This document shows positions 30,601 to 39,472 of a stretch of DNA of 64,000 bases, piece after piece. Source of the stretch: Candidatus Micrarchaeota archaeon (GTDB lineage: Archaea > Micrarchaeota > Micrarchaeia > Norongarragalinales > Norongarragalinaceae); the NCBI GenBank assembly GCA_016188965.1, contig JACPGT010000011.1, forward strand, positions 9,798 through 73,797, read 5' to 3'. The stretch's first letter is position 1, and the number at the start of each line of letters is the position of its first letter. The position numbers were made by a program, and so were the translations under genes. The notes beneath the pieces are model-generated. The model saw only the letters and a list, made by a program, of their open reading frames with translations. It was not told where the DNA came from and searched no databases.

Positions 30601-31177
30601 GACGCTGTTGTTGAAAAACGTAATCCGATGGGTGTACCACGCGTGCTATCTGCCAAGCAAAGGCGCGGCAAGCAGCGAAACGGTAGAAACAGTGCGACCC
30701 TACTACAGCGCTGCGACGGGAACGCAAGGAGCGGGCCAGTACTCATACAGCTGCGGCGCGGGCCGTGGCGAAGACACCAAGAATATCATGATTGGCAGCG
30801 GAATCAACGAGTACGTCTACAAAGTCGAGCTTGAAAGCTACAACATGGATGACACGGGCGTTGTCGAGATAAACGGCCAAACCGTCGTCAACAAGGATGT
30901 GTGCAGCTACGGCCAGAATACGCCATGCAGCGGCGGGCCGACCAGCGTGCCGGGACGGGAATGCAAAGGCGGCTGTGCTTGGACCGGCTCCGGGTGGGGC
31001 CCGTACCTGACAACTCCTGAAAACGGTTGTGTAAGGCCGCCGAAGGTCAATCCTCAAATCACGTTGGGCATGCTTCATGAAGGCAGCAATCCGGTGCACG
31101 TGAAGGCGAACGACTGCATATGCGGCCAAAACACGGCAGAAGCCACGATCAAAGTATACAAAAAAACCGCGCCATGA
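27680..31177 (+). CDS. Large class III signal peptide (pilin-like) surface protein
   Basis: MRAQG-TFEY plus hydrophobic helix, Pro/Thr linker, four ~190-aa repeats, Cys-rich C-terminus. Confidence 0.85.
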   Translation: MRAQGTFEYVLLLGGALLVTSLALFVLTTSQPGIDANKQCAIAARQSLECFGPSGAFNEAATFSFQNQKTPCTCVTGNTGATPIPTPSLNPTATATPDPTVSGSPTASVSPTASATPTDTPGPTPSATPTASATPTPTGSPTPSSTPTATPIPAQVALIVPDGTVLEGMAHLQFASAGAPITPKELAVENAIRSYGTPLKPLVVMRVEASAATFDNLKDYKAVFAASYFPQLTPATINSLLGRGVSVALLHDAVGSGQGRPASARSETGVKVSQSAAFFDKYDTAEQYASMTTGGNDYTFNIGGWQTIGAVDIPWSYPVPTAQYTVSTANGRGAALGYDPSALTDEGKVVMDQMLRWTLGIIAPSDVVDGRVALVASTYKDNPQDIDLDAQDKTLKRLMEENGQAVQIISQKNRFTADFAKAKAITTTYFPGVPLSKYYNALGATTPLLLVHRAASLIRYQQPCMNCQWMHVSASVSFLGKYDAGDYAMQITKGGDAAYATTLYNGWTQISRNPGYGYDGASHYRAVGKMYSASFGYDPSRLTPEGELVLGEAIANVTGGAPAKQAQPGAYVLIAKSYDAVPQLTAEESAAKTVLEYGGAAVQVIPQNERFKTDFSNAKAVVAVHSPPAKISGYMQALSSRRPMLFLHDGIRLLAGANDASGGNLMILPKTGSNVGKGFLQNYDSAPNYAEIHISDGKMFETGGVGGWEALNQRGGCGGVCYPGSAFSKETGTGDGSIRSAILAHDPSALNNEGKVMLDEAVRWMAHDSAYAYTVPSGTVALLTRDYNFDNKVQPGLTLNETQAESVFTGLGLPVARVPQKLKYKTDWSKAAFVAVADSPPSGYSINTYLNTRAPRMVFLNTGLKALTMGTGVTLKNSYEVLNTADRPESFMQAYAPTDHRGGAFPIQANPGAYTLPDYGTSGSWNVWGWKTAGGEVDSNPANYAVRPTAWYVKNAARCGAAFGYAPDRLNQAGTLLLKNVIRWVYHACYLPSKGAASSETVETVRPYYSAATGTQGAGQYSYSCGAGRGEDTKNIMIGSGINEYVYKVELESYNMDDTGVVEINGQTVVNKDVCSYGQNTPCSGGPTSVPGRECKGGCAWTGSGWGPYLTTPENGCVRPPKVNPQITLGMLHEGSNPVHVKANDCICGQNTAEATIKVYKKTAP
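27735..27801 (+). repeat. 67-bp exact direct repeat, copy 1
   Basis: TCACGTCCCTCGCG...AAGCAATGCGC identical to 31393-31459. Confidence 0.9.
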
Positions 31178-31337
31178 CCTCGAGAATCGCCATGGAACGC
31201 GAAACCAACACGACAAAGACACCCGGCAAACCATCCCCCAAAAAAATGGCCAACGCGCTCCGGCTTTCGGCCTGAAAAAAAGAGACTTGAAAAAACAAAA
31301 TACGATACATTTAAACGCAAAGGCATATTCCTAAACT

Positions 31338-32699
31338 ATGCGTGGCCAAGGCACGTTCGAATACATCCTACTGTTAGGTGGCGCAGTCCTCATCACGTCC
31401 CTCGCGCTTTTCGTGCTCACCACCAGCCAGCCCGGTATTGACGCGAACAAGCAATGCGCCGTCGCCGCCCGGTCGGCAATCGAATGCTTCAAAGCCGACG
31501 GCACATTCCGCGGCGACGCCACCTTCCAATTCAACGACAAGCTGACGCCATGTAACTGCGCGGCATACGAAAGCGCAACGGCAACACCGTCCGGTTCAAC
31601 GCAATCGCCATCGCAAACGCCGACGGCCACGACGGCGACGCCGACCGTTAGTCCCGTCGCTTCCACTGCGACGCCTACGGCTACGCCCACGGCTACTCCG
31701 AGTGCGACCCCGACAGCCACCCCCAGCGCCACGCCGGAACCGACCGGTACACCGATGCCTACCGTTACGGCCACGCCGATTCCCACGACAACCGCTACGC
31801 CCACACCGACACCAACGGCAAAGCAGTACATGATCTATGACTTTGCGCCCACATGCGATACATGCAATAACAAACGGGTGCTTATCGTCGAAGTTTCTGC
31901 AGGGCAAGCAAAGATAGTTTCGAAGCTGGACGGAGTGTACGCGGATCATGTCGTACCGTCAGGTAATGGCCGCTTGCTTCTTTCAAGAAGCGCAGAAAAA
32001 GAAATTCGCGAAATCGATTCTGGCGGTAACACAGTATGGACTTACAGAAAAGAGTTTGCCAAAGGTCCTAATTGGGCCGAGGATTTAGTCCCGTACACGG
32101 CGCAACGGCTCAAGAACGGAAACACGTTCAGCGGAAGTTTCGATGGGCCGTATTTTGACTCGCGGCTTCTGGAAATCAAGCCGGATGGAACAATCGTAAA
32201 CGACGTACACGGAACGTCGTTCGAGCCCAAAACCGCCTTCCGCCTGCCCAACGGAAACGCATTAGTGGTGGATAAGTGGCAAAGCGTCAAGGAAATCGCA
32301 CAAGGGGACATACCGGGGCAAGCGATAGTGAAATACTCGATTACGGCCGGCAGTTTGGGCCTCACGCAAATCATTTACGCATATCCGGTCGGGGGGAACC
32401 TCTTCGTGTACGGAAGCGGAAAGATTGTCGAAATGAGTAACTATCAAACTGACGCGCGAGCCAAGACGTGGGAAAAACAAGTGGGCGACATCGACCACTT
32501 TTTCCCGGTGGACGAGAACACGTTGCTTGTCGCAGACCGATGGGGCAAGGCAGTGTACGAAATGGACAGAACAGGAGCCAAAACATGGGAGTTGAGAAAC
32601 TCGCTGGACCTTGGCAACTACTGTAGTGAAGCCGGCATCGTAAACTATCCGTGCAGGCCTCTCCAAATCTACCCCGCGGGGTTCACAGGGTACGGTTAA
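31338..32699 (+). CDS. Class III signal peptide (pilin-like) protein with beta-propeller-like domain
   Basis: MRGQG-TFEY, Pro/Thr linker, repeated RL.NGN / EID..G..VW motifs. Confidence 0.85.
   Translation: MRGQGTFEYILLLGGAVLITSLALFVLTTSQPGIDANKQCAVAARSAIECFKADGTFRGDATFQFNDKLTPCNCAAYESATATPSGSTQSPSQTPTATTATPTVSPVASTATPTATPTATPSATPTATPSATPEPTGTPMPTVTATPIPTTTATPTPTPTAKQYMIYDFAPTCDTCNNKRVLIVEVSAGQAKIVSKLDGVYADHVVPSGNGRLLLSRSAEKEIREIDSGGNTVWTYRKEFAKGPNWAEDLVPYTAQRLKNGNTFSGSFDGPYFDSRLLEIKPDGTIVNDVHGTSFEPKTAFRLPNGNALVVDKWQSVKEIAQGDIPGQAIVKYSITAGSLGLTQIIYAYPVGGNLFVYGSGKIVEMSNYQTDARAKTWEKQVGDIDHFFPVDENTLLVADRWGKAVYEMDRTGAKTWELRNSLDLGNYCSEAGIVNYPCRPLQIYPAGFTGYG
31393..31459 (+). repeat. 67-bp exact direct repeat, copy 2
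   Basis: Identical to 27735-27801. Confidence 0.9.
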
Positions 32700-32753
32700 G
32701 CCACCGGCCACTCCGCCCTAAAACATATTAGCCTCACGTTCCAAGAATGCGCC

Positions 32754-33995
32754 ATGGCCCGCTTTGCCCACATTGCAGACGTCCACCTCGGTGCTTTTCG
32801 TGACGCGCGCCTGCGCGAGTTGAACCTTAGGGCCTTCGAGAAGGCGTTGGACGAAGTCCAGCAGCAGAACGTCGATTTTCTCATCATTGCCGGCGACTTG
32901 TTCGACATTTCCATCCCCGACTTGTCGGTCGTCGAGCGCGCGGTGCGCAAGATGCGTTCGTTGGATAAGCCGATTTACGCCGTGTACGGATCGCATGACT
33001 ACTCGCCTACGCAGACGAGCGTCATCGACGTGCTGAACGAAGCCGGTGTGCTGCAAAAAGTCAGTTCGGGCCAGTACGTGGAAGTCAACGAAGCCGGACA
33101 AAAAGTGCAGAAACTCCGTTTGGACGTGCTGACCGATCCGAAGACCGGCGTGCGAATCACCGGCATTTCGGCGCGCAAGCTGGGTTTGGAAAAAACGTAC
33201 TTTCACGACTTGGACGCCCAGGCATTGGAGGCGCTGCCGGGTCCGAAGATCTTCGTCTTTCACTGCGCCATCCAGGAACACAAACCGCAGTCGCTGCAAC
33301 GCGTGGACGCCGTGCCGCTCTCGCTGTTTCCAAAAGGCTTTGATTATTACGCCGGCGGCCACGTGCACGCCCGCCTTCTGACGGACGCGCCGGACGGCGG
33401 GGGCAAAATAGTATACCCGGGCCCCCTGTCGGCCGCCGACTTTAGAGACATGGAAGAGATCGCGGGCCAGCCGCACGGCTTTTACGTCGTCGACCTTGAC
33501 GCGAAGAAAGCCGAGTTCGTTCCCGTGCCTTTCGGGAAAGTCCGAATCGTCCGCATCGACGCCGAAGGCATGGGCTCGCAGGATGCGAATGAACGCATCC
33601 AGAAAGCCTGTGGCACGGCGCAAAGCGGAGACGTGGTTCTTCTGCATACACTCGGCACGCTGGCAGAGGGAAAACCGTCCGACATCGACTGGACGGCCGC
33701 GCGGCGCGCGTTGGAACAGGCATGCCCCATCGTCTACGTCAACAACGCGTTGGAAAGCCGCGAGCGGCAACAGGTCCGGGTCGAGGCGCAGACGCCGGAT
33801 GCCATTGCCGAAAAAGTGTTCCGAGATACGTTGGCTGACCGCGACCTGCCGGAAGGTCTTGGAAAAGAAGCGGGCGTCAAGCTCAGCCTGCAACTGCTGG
33901 AAGTATTGCGCAAAGAGAATCCGGGAGACAACAAGAAACGCTGGGAAGACGTCGTCGCGGCGCAAGGCGCACAGGTGCTCGGAATTGAGGCTTGA
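32754..33995 (+). CDS. mre11: Mre11 nuclease
   Basis: ADVHLG, GDLFD, GSHD, GGHVH, YPG; upstream of rad50. Confidence 0.92.
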   Translation: MARFAHIADVHLGAFRDARLRELNLRAFEKALDEVQQQNVDFLIIAGDLFDISIPDLSVVERAVRKMRSLDKPIYAVYGSHDYSPTQTSVIDVLNEAGVLQKVSSGQYVEVNEAGQKVQKLRLDVLTDPKTGVRITGISARKLGLEKTYFHDLDAQALEALPGPKIFVFHCAIQEHKPQSLQRVDAVPLSLFPKGFDYYAGGHVHARLLTDAPDGGGKIVYPGPLSAADFRDMEEIAGQPHGFYVVDLDAKKAEFVPVPFGKVRIVRIDAEGMGSQDANERIQKACGTAQSGDVVLLHTLGTLAEGKPSDIDWTAARRALEQACPIVYVNNALESRERQQVRVEAQTPDAIAEKVFRDTLADRDLPEGLGKEAGVKLSLQLLEVLRKENPGDNKKRWEDVVAAQGAQVLGIEA

Positions 33996-35994
33996 GTTCC
34001 TCGAATTAGACAACATCCGCACGTACGGCTACGCCCGCGTCGACTTCGCCCAAGGCGTGACGCTGTTTGAAGGCGACGTCGGCTCGGGAAAGAGCACGCT
34101 TTTGTACGCAATCGAATTCGCACTTTTCGGCCTGGGCGATTTGAAAGCCGGCCACTTGTTGCGCCACGGCGCGACGGAAGGCAACGTCAAGTTGGGCTTC
34201 GAAGTCGACGGCCGAAAAATCGTCGTTTGCCGCCGTTTGGAGCGCAAGAAAGACGCCGCACGCCAGGCGCCGGGTTGGATCGAGGAAGACGGCGTGCGCA
34301 CCGATTACTCGCCGGAAGAACTCAAGGCCCGCGTCTTGTCCATCTTGCAGTTCCGTGAGAACCCGGCGGTGCGCGCCACGTCGTGGATCTTCCGCTACGC
34401 CGTGTTCACGCCGCAGGAGCAGATGAAGGAAATCCTGACGCTGAAAAGCGAGGAGCGCCTCCAAACTCTTAGAAAAGCCTTCGGTGTCGAGGAGTACAAG
34501 ACCGCGCAGGAAAACGCCGGCGTGCTGCAGCAACGGTTGCGTGAGAAAAGCCGGGAAATCAGAGGGCAATTGTCCAACGTCGAGGAATTGCAACAGCAGA
34601 AAGCCGCCGTGGAAAAGCAGCTGGCCGAATTGGAAAGTCAAAAACCCGCACTGGCTCAACGAGTCCAAGACGCGCAAATGCAAGTCCAAGCCGCGGAAAA
34701 GGACGTGCAAAGCCGGCGGGCCGAAAGCCTGGCGCTTGAGCGCGAAGCGGCTGAAGTGCCCTTATTGCAAAAACGCGTGGAAGAATGGCAACGCCAAGCC
34801 GCGCGCCTACAGAGCGACGGGGCGAACCTGGACGGAAAAGCCAGGCAGTGGGCCGCCGAGCTCAAGACCCTCCAAGGCCAGAACCCGGCCGCATTGGACG
34901 ACCCGCAGAAAGAATGGGAAGCCGCCCAGGAAACCTTGCGCAGACGCCAGACGGAACTGGGCGCTTGCGAGCACGCCGCGCGCGAACACGCCGCGTTACG
35001 CTCCGGTACCTGTCCAACGTGCGGGCAGAAGATTTCCGACGGGCTGAACGGCAAGATCCAGGACGCGGAGAATGCACTCAAGCAGGCACAAATGGCGGTG
35101 CAAATGGCCCGCCAAGCCGAGATGGCGCTGCGGAACCAACTGACCGCATACAACCAGCAGAAACTGGCGTTGCAGAAAATCCAACAGCTTTCCGAGATGT
35201 TCCAGCAGGCTGAAACCCAGCGTCAGGACGTCAAAGCCCGCGAAGCTGAAGCCTTACAGTCCCTCCAACAGGCCCGTGACGAATTCGAACGCAAGAAACA
35301 CCACCTGCAAGCCGCAAGCGACGCCAAAGCCAACCTGCAACAAACCGAAAACACCTTGCGCCAAAATCAGGCGGCCTTGCAGGCCACGCTCAGCGCCCAG
35401 GCCGCGTCCGAGGCCAAGGAAAGCCACCTCAAGCAGAATCGTCAGGACCTTGAAGCCGCGCTGGAGCGAAAGAAACAGCTGGACGTGAAGCTGAAGGATC
35501 TTGAATCGAAGAACGCCTGGCTGGCCGATCCGTTCATCCCCGCGCTTTCGCTCATCGAGGAGCACGTCTTGCAGCGCATCAACGACGAGTTCAACCGCAT
35601 GTTTTCCAGATGGTTCGTCCAGCTGCTGGAAAGCCAGGACCTCTCCGCGGAAGTCGACGCGTCGTTCACGCCCCAAATCCGGCAACAAGGATTCGAGCAG
35701 GACTTCACCGCCTTGAGCGGAGGCGAAAAAAGCGCGTTGGCGTTGGCCTACCGCTTGGCCCTCAACACGTTGGTGCGCCAGACGACGCCGTCGTTGAAGC
35801 ACAACCTGCTCATCCTTGACGAGCCGACGGATGGCTTTTCCAAAGAACAGCTCGGCCGCATGCGCCAAGTGCTGCAAGAAGCGGGCGCGCAGCAAATCCT
35901 TTTGGTTAGCCACGAGCGCGAACTGGAGGCCTTATGCGACCAGGTATTTCAGGTCGAAAAACACGGCGGCGAATCGCGCATCAAGGAACTATAA
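33985..35994 (+). CDS. rad50: Rad50 ATPase (TTG start)
   Basis: NIRTY, GDVGSGKST, coiled coil with CPTCG zinc hook, LSGGE, LDEPT, SH. Confidence 0.93.
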   Translation: MRLEFLELDNIRTYGYARVDFAQGVTLFEGDVGSGKSTLLYAIEFALFGLGDLKAGHLLRHGATEGNVKLGFEVDGRKIVVCRRLERKKDAARQAPGWIEEDGVRTDYSPEELKARVLSILQFRENPAVRATSWIFRYAVFTPQEQMKEILTLKSEERLQTLRKAFGVEEYKTAQENAGVLQQRLREKSREIRGQLSNVEELQQQKAAVEKQLAELESQKPALAQRVQDAQMQVQAAEKDVQSRRAESLALEREAAEVPLLQKRVEEWQRQAARLQSDGANLDGKARQWAAELKTLQGQNPAALDDPQKEWEAAQETLRRRQTELGACEHAAREHAALRSGTCPTCGQKISDGLNGKIQDAENALKQAQMAVQMARQAEMALRNQLTAYNQQKLALQKIQQLSEMFQQAETQRQDVKAREAEALQSLQQARDEFERKKHHLQAASDAKANLQQTENTLRQNQAALQATLSAQAASEAKESHLKQNRQDLEAALERKKQLDVKLKDLESKNAWLADPFIPALSLIEEHVLQRINDEFNRMFSRWFVQLLESQDLSAEVDASFTPQIRQQGFEQDFTALSGGEKSALALAYRLALNTLVRQTTPSLKHNLLILDEPTDGFSKEQLGRMRQVLQEAGAQQILLVSHERELEALCDQVFQVEKHGGESRIKEL

Positions 35995-36018
35995 ATTCGG
36001 TCCGAACGTTAGGGCAGT

Positions 36019-37404
36019 ATGGACGAAGCCCTCTCACGCCGCATGCGCCTCCTGGACGCCAACCTGCCGTGGTTCGGCTACTCGGTGCTGGACGCCATGG
36101 AGAAAGCCGGATCGGGGGCGGCGCGCGAAATCGACAAGTCGCTCCAAAGACGAGGCCGCAAGGCTAACATCGCCATCTTCACCGGTCCGGGCAACAAGGG
36201 CGGCGACGGGCTCGTCGCGGCACGGCATTTGGCCGAATCCGGACATGAAGTGCACGTGTTCTTGGCCGCCGAGCCCAAAACAATGGAAGCCAGACTCAAC
36301 CTGCTGCGCCTGAAGAAAAACAAAAACGTAAAAATCGAAAAAATCGATGCCACGCACCTGCCCAAACAGGAATTCGACGCCTACGTGGACGCGTTGCTCG
36401 GAACGGGCCTGAAAGGCCAATTACGGCCTCCGTACGACGCCATCGTGACTTGGTTGAATACCCAAACCGGCGCGAAGGTGGCCATTGACGTGCCGACGGG
36501 TTTTGGCTCAACGCTTTTCTTTCACGACGACCTCACCATTTCCATGCACGTTTCCAAAAAACGCGGCGCCAAAGTCGTGGACCTCGGATTGCCCAAAGGG
36601 CTGCAGCACGTCGTGGGCCCGGCGCACGTCAAGACCTTGAAATTGAACCAAGGACAGCACAAGGGCCAAAACGGAGTCTTGAGCATCATCGGCGGATCCA
36701 AAAAATACCACGGCGCGCCGCTGTACGCGATTGAAGCCGCCGCGCCCTTCGTGGATTTGATTTACTTCCATTCACCGGAAAAAGACAATCACTGGATTGC
36801 ACGACAGATGAAAACCAAGTCCAAAGCGTTCATCACGGTGGAAGATAAAAGCGAACTGCAGACCGCCGTAGCCGAAAGCGACGCCGTTTTGATGGGCAAC
36901 GGGCTGGAGGAAAATGCCGCCAACAAAGGCCTCGTCAACCGCCTGCTCCGACAATTTCCGAACAAGGCATTCGTGCTGGATGCGGGAGCCATGATAATGG
37001 CCGATTCCAAGCACTTTGGCGGCCGCGTCCTGCTCACGCCGCACGCCAGCGAATTCAAACGCCGCTTCGGCCTGGCCGCGACGGCGGAAAACGTCCGCAA
37101 AATGGCCGCGAAAACCAACTGCATCATCCTGCTGAAAGGCGTCATCGACGTTATCACCGACGGAAAAGACGTCGTCCGGAACGTGACGGGAAATCCGGGC
37201 ATGACACGGGGCGGCACCGGCGACGTACTGGCCGGGTTGGTGGCGGCGTTGAGTACGCAGAACAACTTGTTCCAATCCGCACAGGCCGGTGCCTTTCTGA
37301 ACGGCCTGGCCGGTGATTGGGTGGCGAAAAAGCGCCGCGCGTTCACGGCCGACGACGTGGCGAAGGCCTTGCCGGACGCATTGGAAACGGCGTGGCGGGC
37401 TTAA
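36019..37404 (+). CDS. nnr: Bifunctional NAD(P)H-hydrate epimerase/dehydratase
   Basis: GPGNKGGDG, DALLGTG, IDVPTG, HKGQNG, TPHASEF, GGTGDVLAG. Confidence 0.92.
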   Translation: MDEALSRRMRLLDANLPWFGYSVLDAMEKAGSGAAREIDKSLQRRGRKANIAIFTGPGNKGGDGLVAARHLAESGHEVHVFLAAEPKTMEARLNLLRLKKNKNVKIEKIDATHLPKQEFDAYVDALLGTGLKGQLRPPYDAIVTWLNTQTGAKVAIDVPTGFGSTLFFHDDLTISMHVSKKRGAKVVDLGLPKGLQHVVGPAHVKTLKLNQGQHKGQNGVLSIIGGSKKYHGAPLYAIEAAAPFVDLIYFHSPEKDNHWIARQMKTKSKAFITVEDKSELQTAVAESDAVLMGNGLEENAANKGLVNRLLRQFPNKAFVLDAGAMIMADSKHFGGRVLLTPHASEFKRRFGLAATAENVRKMAAKTNCIILLKGVIDVITDGKDVVRNVTGNPGMTRGGTGDVLAGLVAALSTQNNLFQSAQAGAFLNGLAGDWVAKKRRAFTADDVAKALPDALETAWRA

Positions 37405-37451
37405 AAAAGACAAAAAAAGGCGTATAAACTGGTTTTTCCACCATCTTGGAC

Positions 37452-37754
37452 ATGGCGAATCCGACTGCAACGGCTGCGCAAGCCGCGGCCGCGTTTCCGT
37501 TCGACGTGCTCATTTTCGGCATCGTGCTCATCCTGTTGGCCGTCGTCTTGTGGTACTTCTTCAAGAACCTGTTAGCCAACACCGTTGCCGGCGTCATCGC
37601 GTTGCTGGCCATCAACATCTTGGCCGACGTGGCGAACTACCCATCCATTAAAATATCCATCACGCTAGTCACCGTGATCATTTCCGCCATCCTGGGCTTA
37701 GCCGGCGTGGGCCTTTTGATTCTCCTTAAATTGTTGGGCGTCGTCATCCAGTAG
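37452..37754 (+). CDS. BofA-like small membrane protein
   Basis: LLANTVAGVIALL...ISAILGLAGV pattern. Confidence 0.7.
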   Translation: MANPTATAAQAAAAFPFDVLIFGIVLILLAVVLWYFFKNLLANTVAGVIALLAINILADVANYPSIKISITLVTVIISAILGLAGVGLLILLKLLGVVIQ

Positions 37755-38102
37755 ATGAAAATCGAACGAAAGGTCCAAGAGATTTCGCCGTCGGCTTCGA
37801 CTCACCAACAATACGATCCGGGAAAAGAAGAAGCCAAACGGTTCGGCATGTGGCGCCAAGCCATCATCGACAACAACCGCCGCGGCGGATTTCCGTTTTC
37901 TCACCACGTCATCCGCGTGCTCAAGGCCCATGTTCAGCCACCAGGAGAGCCGCAAAAGGCACCTTCACCGACCGAACAACCCAGTCGTCAAGTGGACGTA
38001 CTCCCGGAAGAACAAAAACGCGCCGTGGTTCAAGCCGCGATAAAAATTCGAAGCCGCGGGTGGAAGCCCGAAGACGACGCTAGAAAGGCGTACGAAGATT
38101 AA
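37755..38102 (+). CDS. Hypothetical protein
   Basis: ATG immediately after the previous stop; fills the gap to RPA. Confidence 0.5.
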   Translation: MKIERKVQEISPSASTHQQYDPGKEEAKRFGMWRQAIIDNNRRGGFPFSHHVIRVLKAHVQPPGEPQKAPSPTEQPSRQVDVLPEEQKRAVVQAAIKIRSRGWKPEDDARKAYED

Positions 38103-39310
38103 ACCATCCAGCCCAATACGGCTTTTCCGACGAGTTCTTTCTGGCCCGTGCGGGCGCTTTCTTTGGCGTACGCCGTGAGCCGCACGGTCTTGCCGACGAG
38201 GTAGTCCCGCTTCAGTTGGGACAGCAGGTTCAAATCCGTCGTATTTTTGGCACCCAACAATTCAGTGGCTGCTGCGTCGAACAGCACGGCACGCATGGGG
38301 CCCGAAGCATCGGACACTTCCAGCGACACGTAGACCAGCGAAAAGAAGTCCTGCGAACCGCAAGCGCACACGTCTTTTTTCTCGGCGCTCTTGGCACCGC
38401 AAGATCTGCACTTGTGCTGCCGCTGCGCGTCCAGCACCTTGTCGATGCGGACTTCAACGGGCGCGTCGGACGCGTCCAAAGCGGCCAACGTCTTGGGGAC
38501 GGCGGCCTGCATTTCGACTAAGTCGTGGTTGGCAGGATTCGGCAAAAGACGGCCGGACCACGAAACATTGATTTCGCCGTTTTTCAGCACCGCGCCTTCG
38601 ATTTTCACTGCCTCGCCGATCTGCAAGGATTGTGCGACGTGGGCGTTCTCATCCCAGCACGCGGCAGCCAGACGCGTGGCGCCGTCTGACAGCGTGATCT
38701 TGGACAAATAGCCGGCCTTATTCTGGCGTCGGAATTCCTTCAACGACTGCTTATCCAACACGCGTGCAAACACGTCGGCTTCCTCGCCTTCGCGCAGTTC
38801 GGCCAGGCGGCGGGGCACGACGGGGGACAGCGGAAGGTTCGCACCGGCGGATTCCGTGGCGTCCGCCACCCAAAATTCGGACGACAGCCGCGAATGAAGC
38901 TCTAGGGGATTCTGGATTTTGACGAAGACGTCCTTGAGGCACAACACGTCGTTGCGCTGGATGCCCGAAGCGGCGTCGACGTCGGAGTTCCACAACACCA
39001 GGTCCGCCGCAAAGGTGGCGTCGGCGACGCGGAGCTTGCAGAGCCGGCCGGAGCGCTCCGCGTTCTGGAAGCGTTTGGGTGAAAAGACGGCGAGCACGCG
39101 CACCTGGCAGGATAACGAGGATCCGGCTTGCGCCGACGATAAGGGAAAGAACTCGACGGGCAAGCGAGGAGTAGGGATGCCGTTTTCGTAGGCCAGCACG
39201 CGCAAGGCGGCGTCTTCCGTCAGGAGGCCGACGAACTGCTCCTGTTTGCGGCGCACCGCGTCGTCCAGATTGTCGGCCGATAATCGCTGCAGGAGGGCAT
39301 CTTTGAGCAT
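38099..39310 (-). CDS. Replication protein A (multi-OB fold with Zn finger)
   Basis: Three OB-like units (VADAT..LVLWN, LSDG...CWD, VSDASG..VLFD) and CRSC...CAC. Confidence 0.85.
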   Translation of the reverse strand: MLKDALLQRLSADNLDDAVRRKQEQFVGLLTEDAALRVLAYENGIPTPRLPVEFFPLSSAQAGSSLSCQVRVLAVFSPKRFQNAERSGRLCKLRVADATFAADLVLWNSDVDAASGIQRNDVLCLKDVFVKIQNPLELHSRLSSEFWVADATESAGANLPLSPVVPRRLAELREGEEADVFARVLDKQSLKEFRRQNKAGYLSKITLSDGATRLAAACWDENAHVAQSLQIGEAVKIEGAVLKNGEINVSWSGRLLPNPANHDLVEMQAAVPKTLAALDASDAPVEVRIDKVLDAQRQHKCRSCGAKSAEKKDVCACGSQDFFSLVYVSLEVSDASGPMRAVLFDAAATELLGAKNTTDLNLLSQLKRDYLVGKTVRLTAYAKESARTGQKELVGKAVLGWMV

Positions 39311-39472
39311 TTATAAAACCCGGCGGGTCATTATGTTCCAAACACGGTCGCGTTGGAATTTGGGAACCGCCGGCCATAAAAACATGCGGCCGAAAAACGC
39401 CGCCGGAAAGTCGGTTCCCGCCTAATATGAGGCAACGCTGCCGGAAAGCCGACGATTACAAGGTGCATCCCC

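Noticed and set aside
33496-33984. N-terminal extension of the Rad50 ORF
   Set aside because: Overlaps mre11; homology begins at TTG 33985
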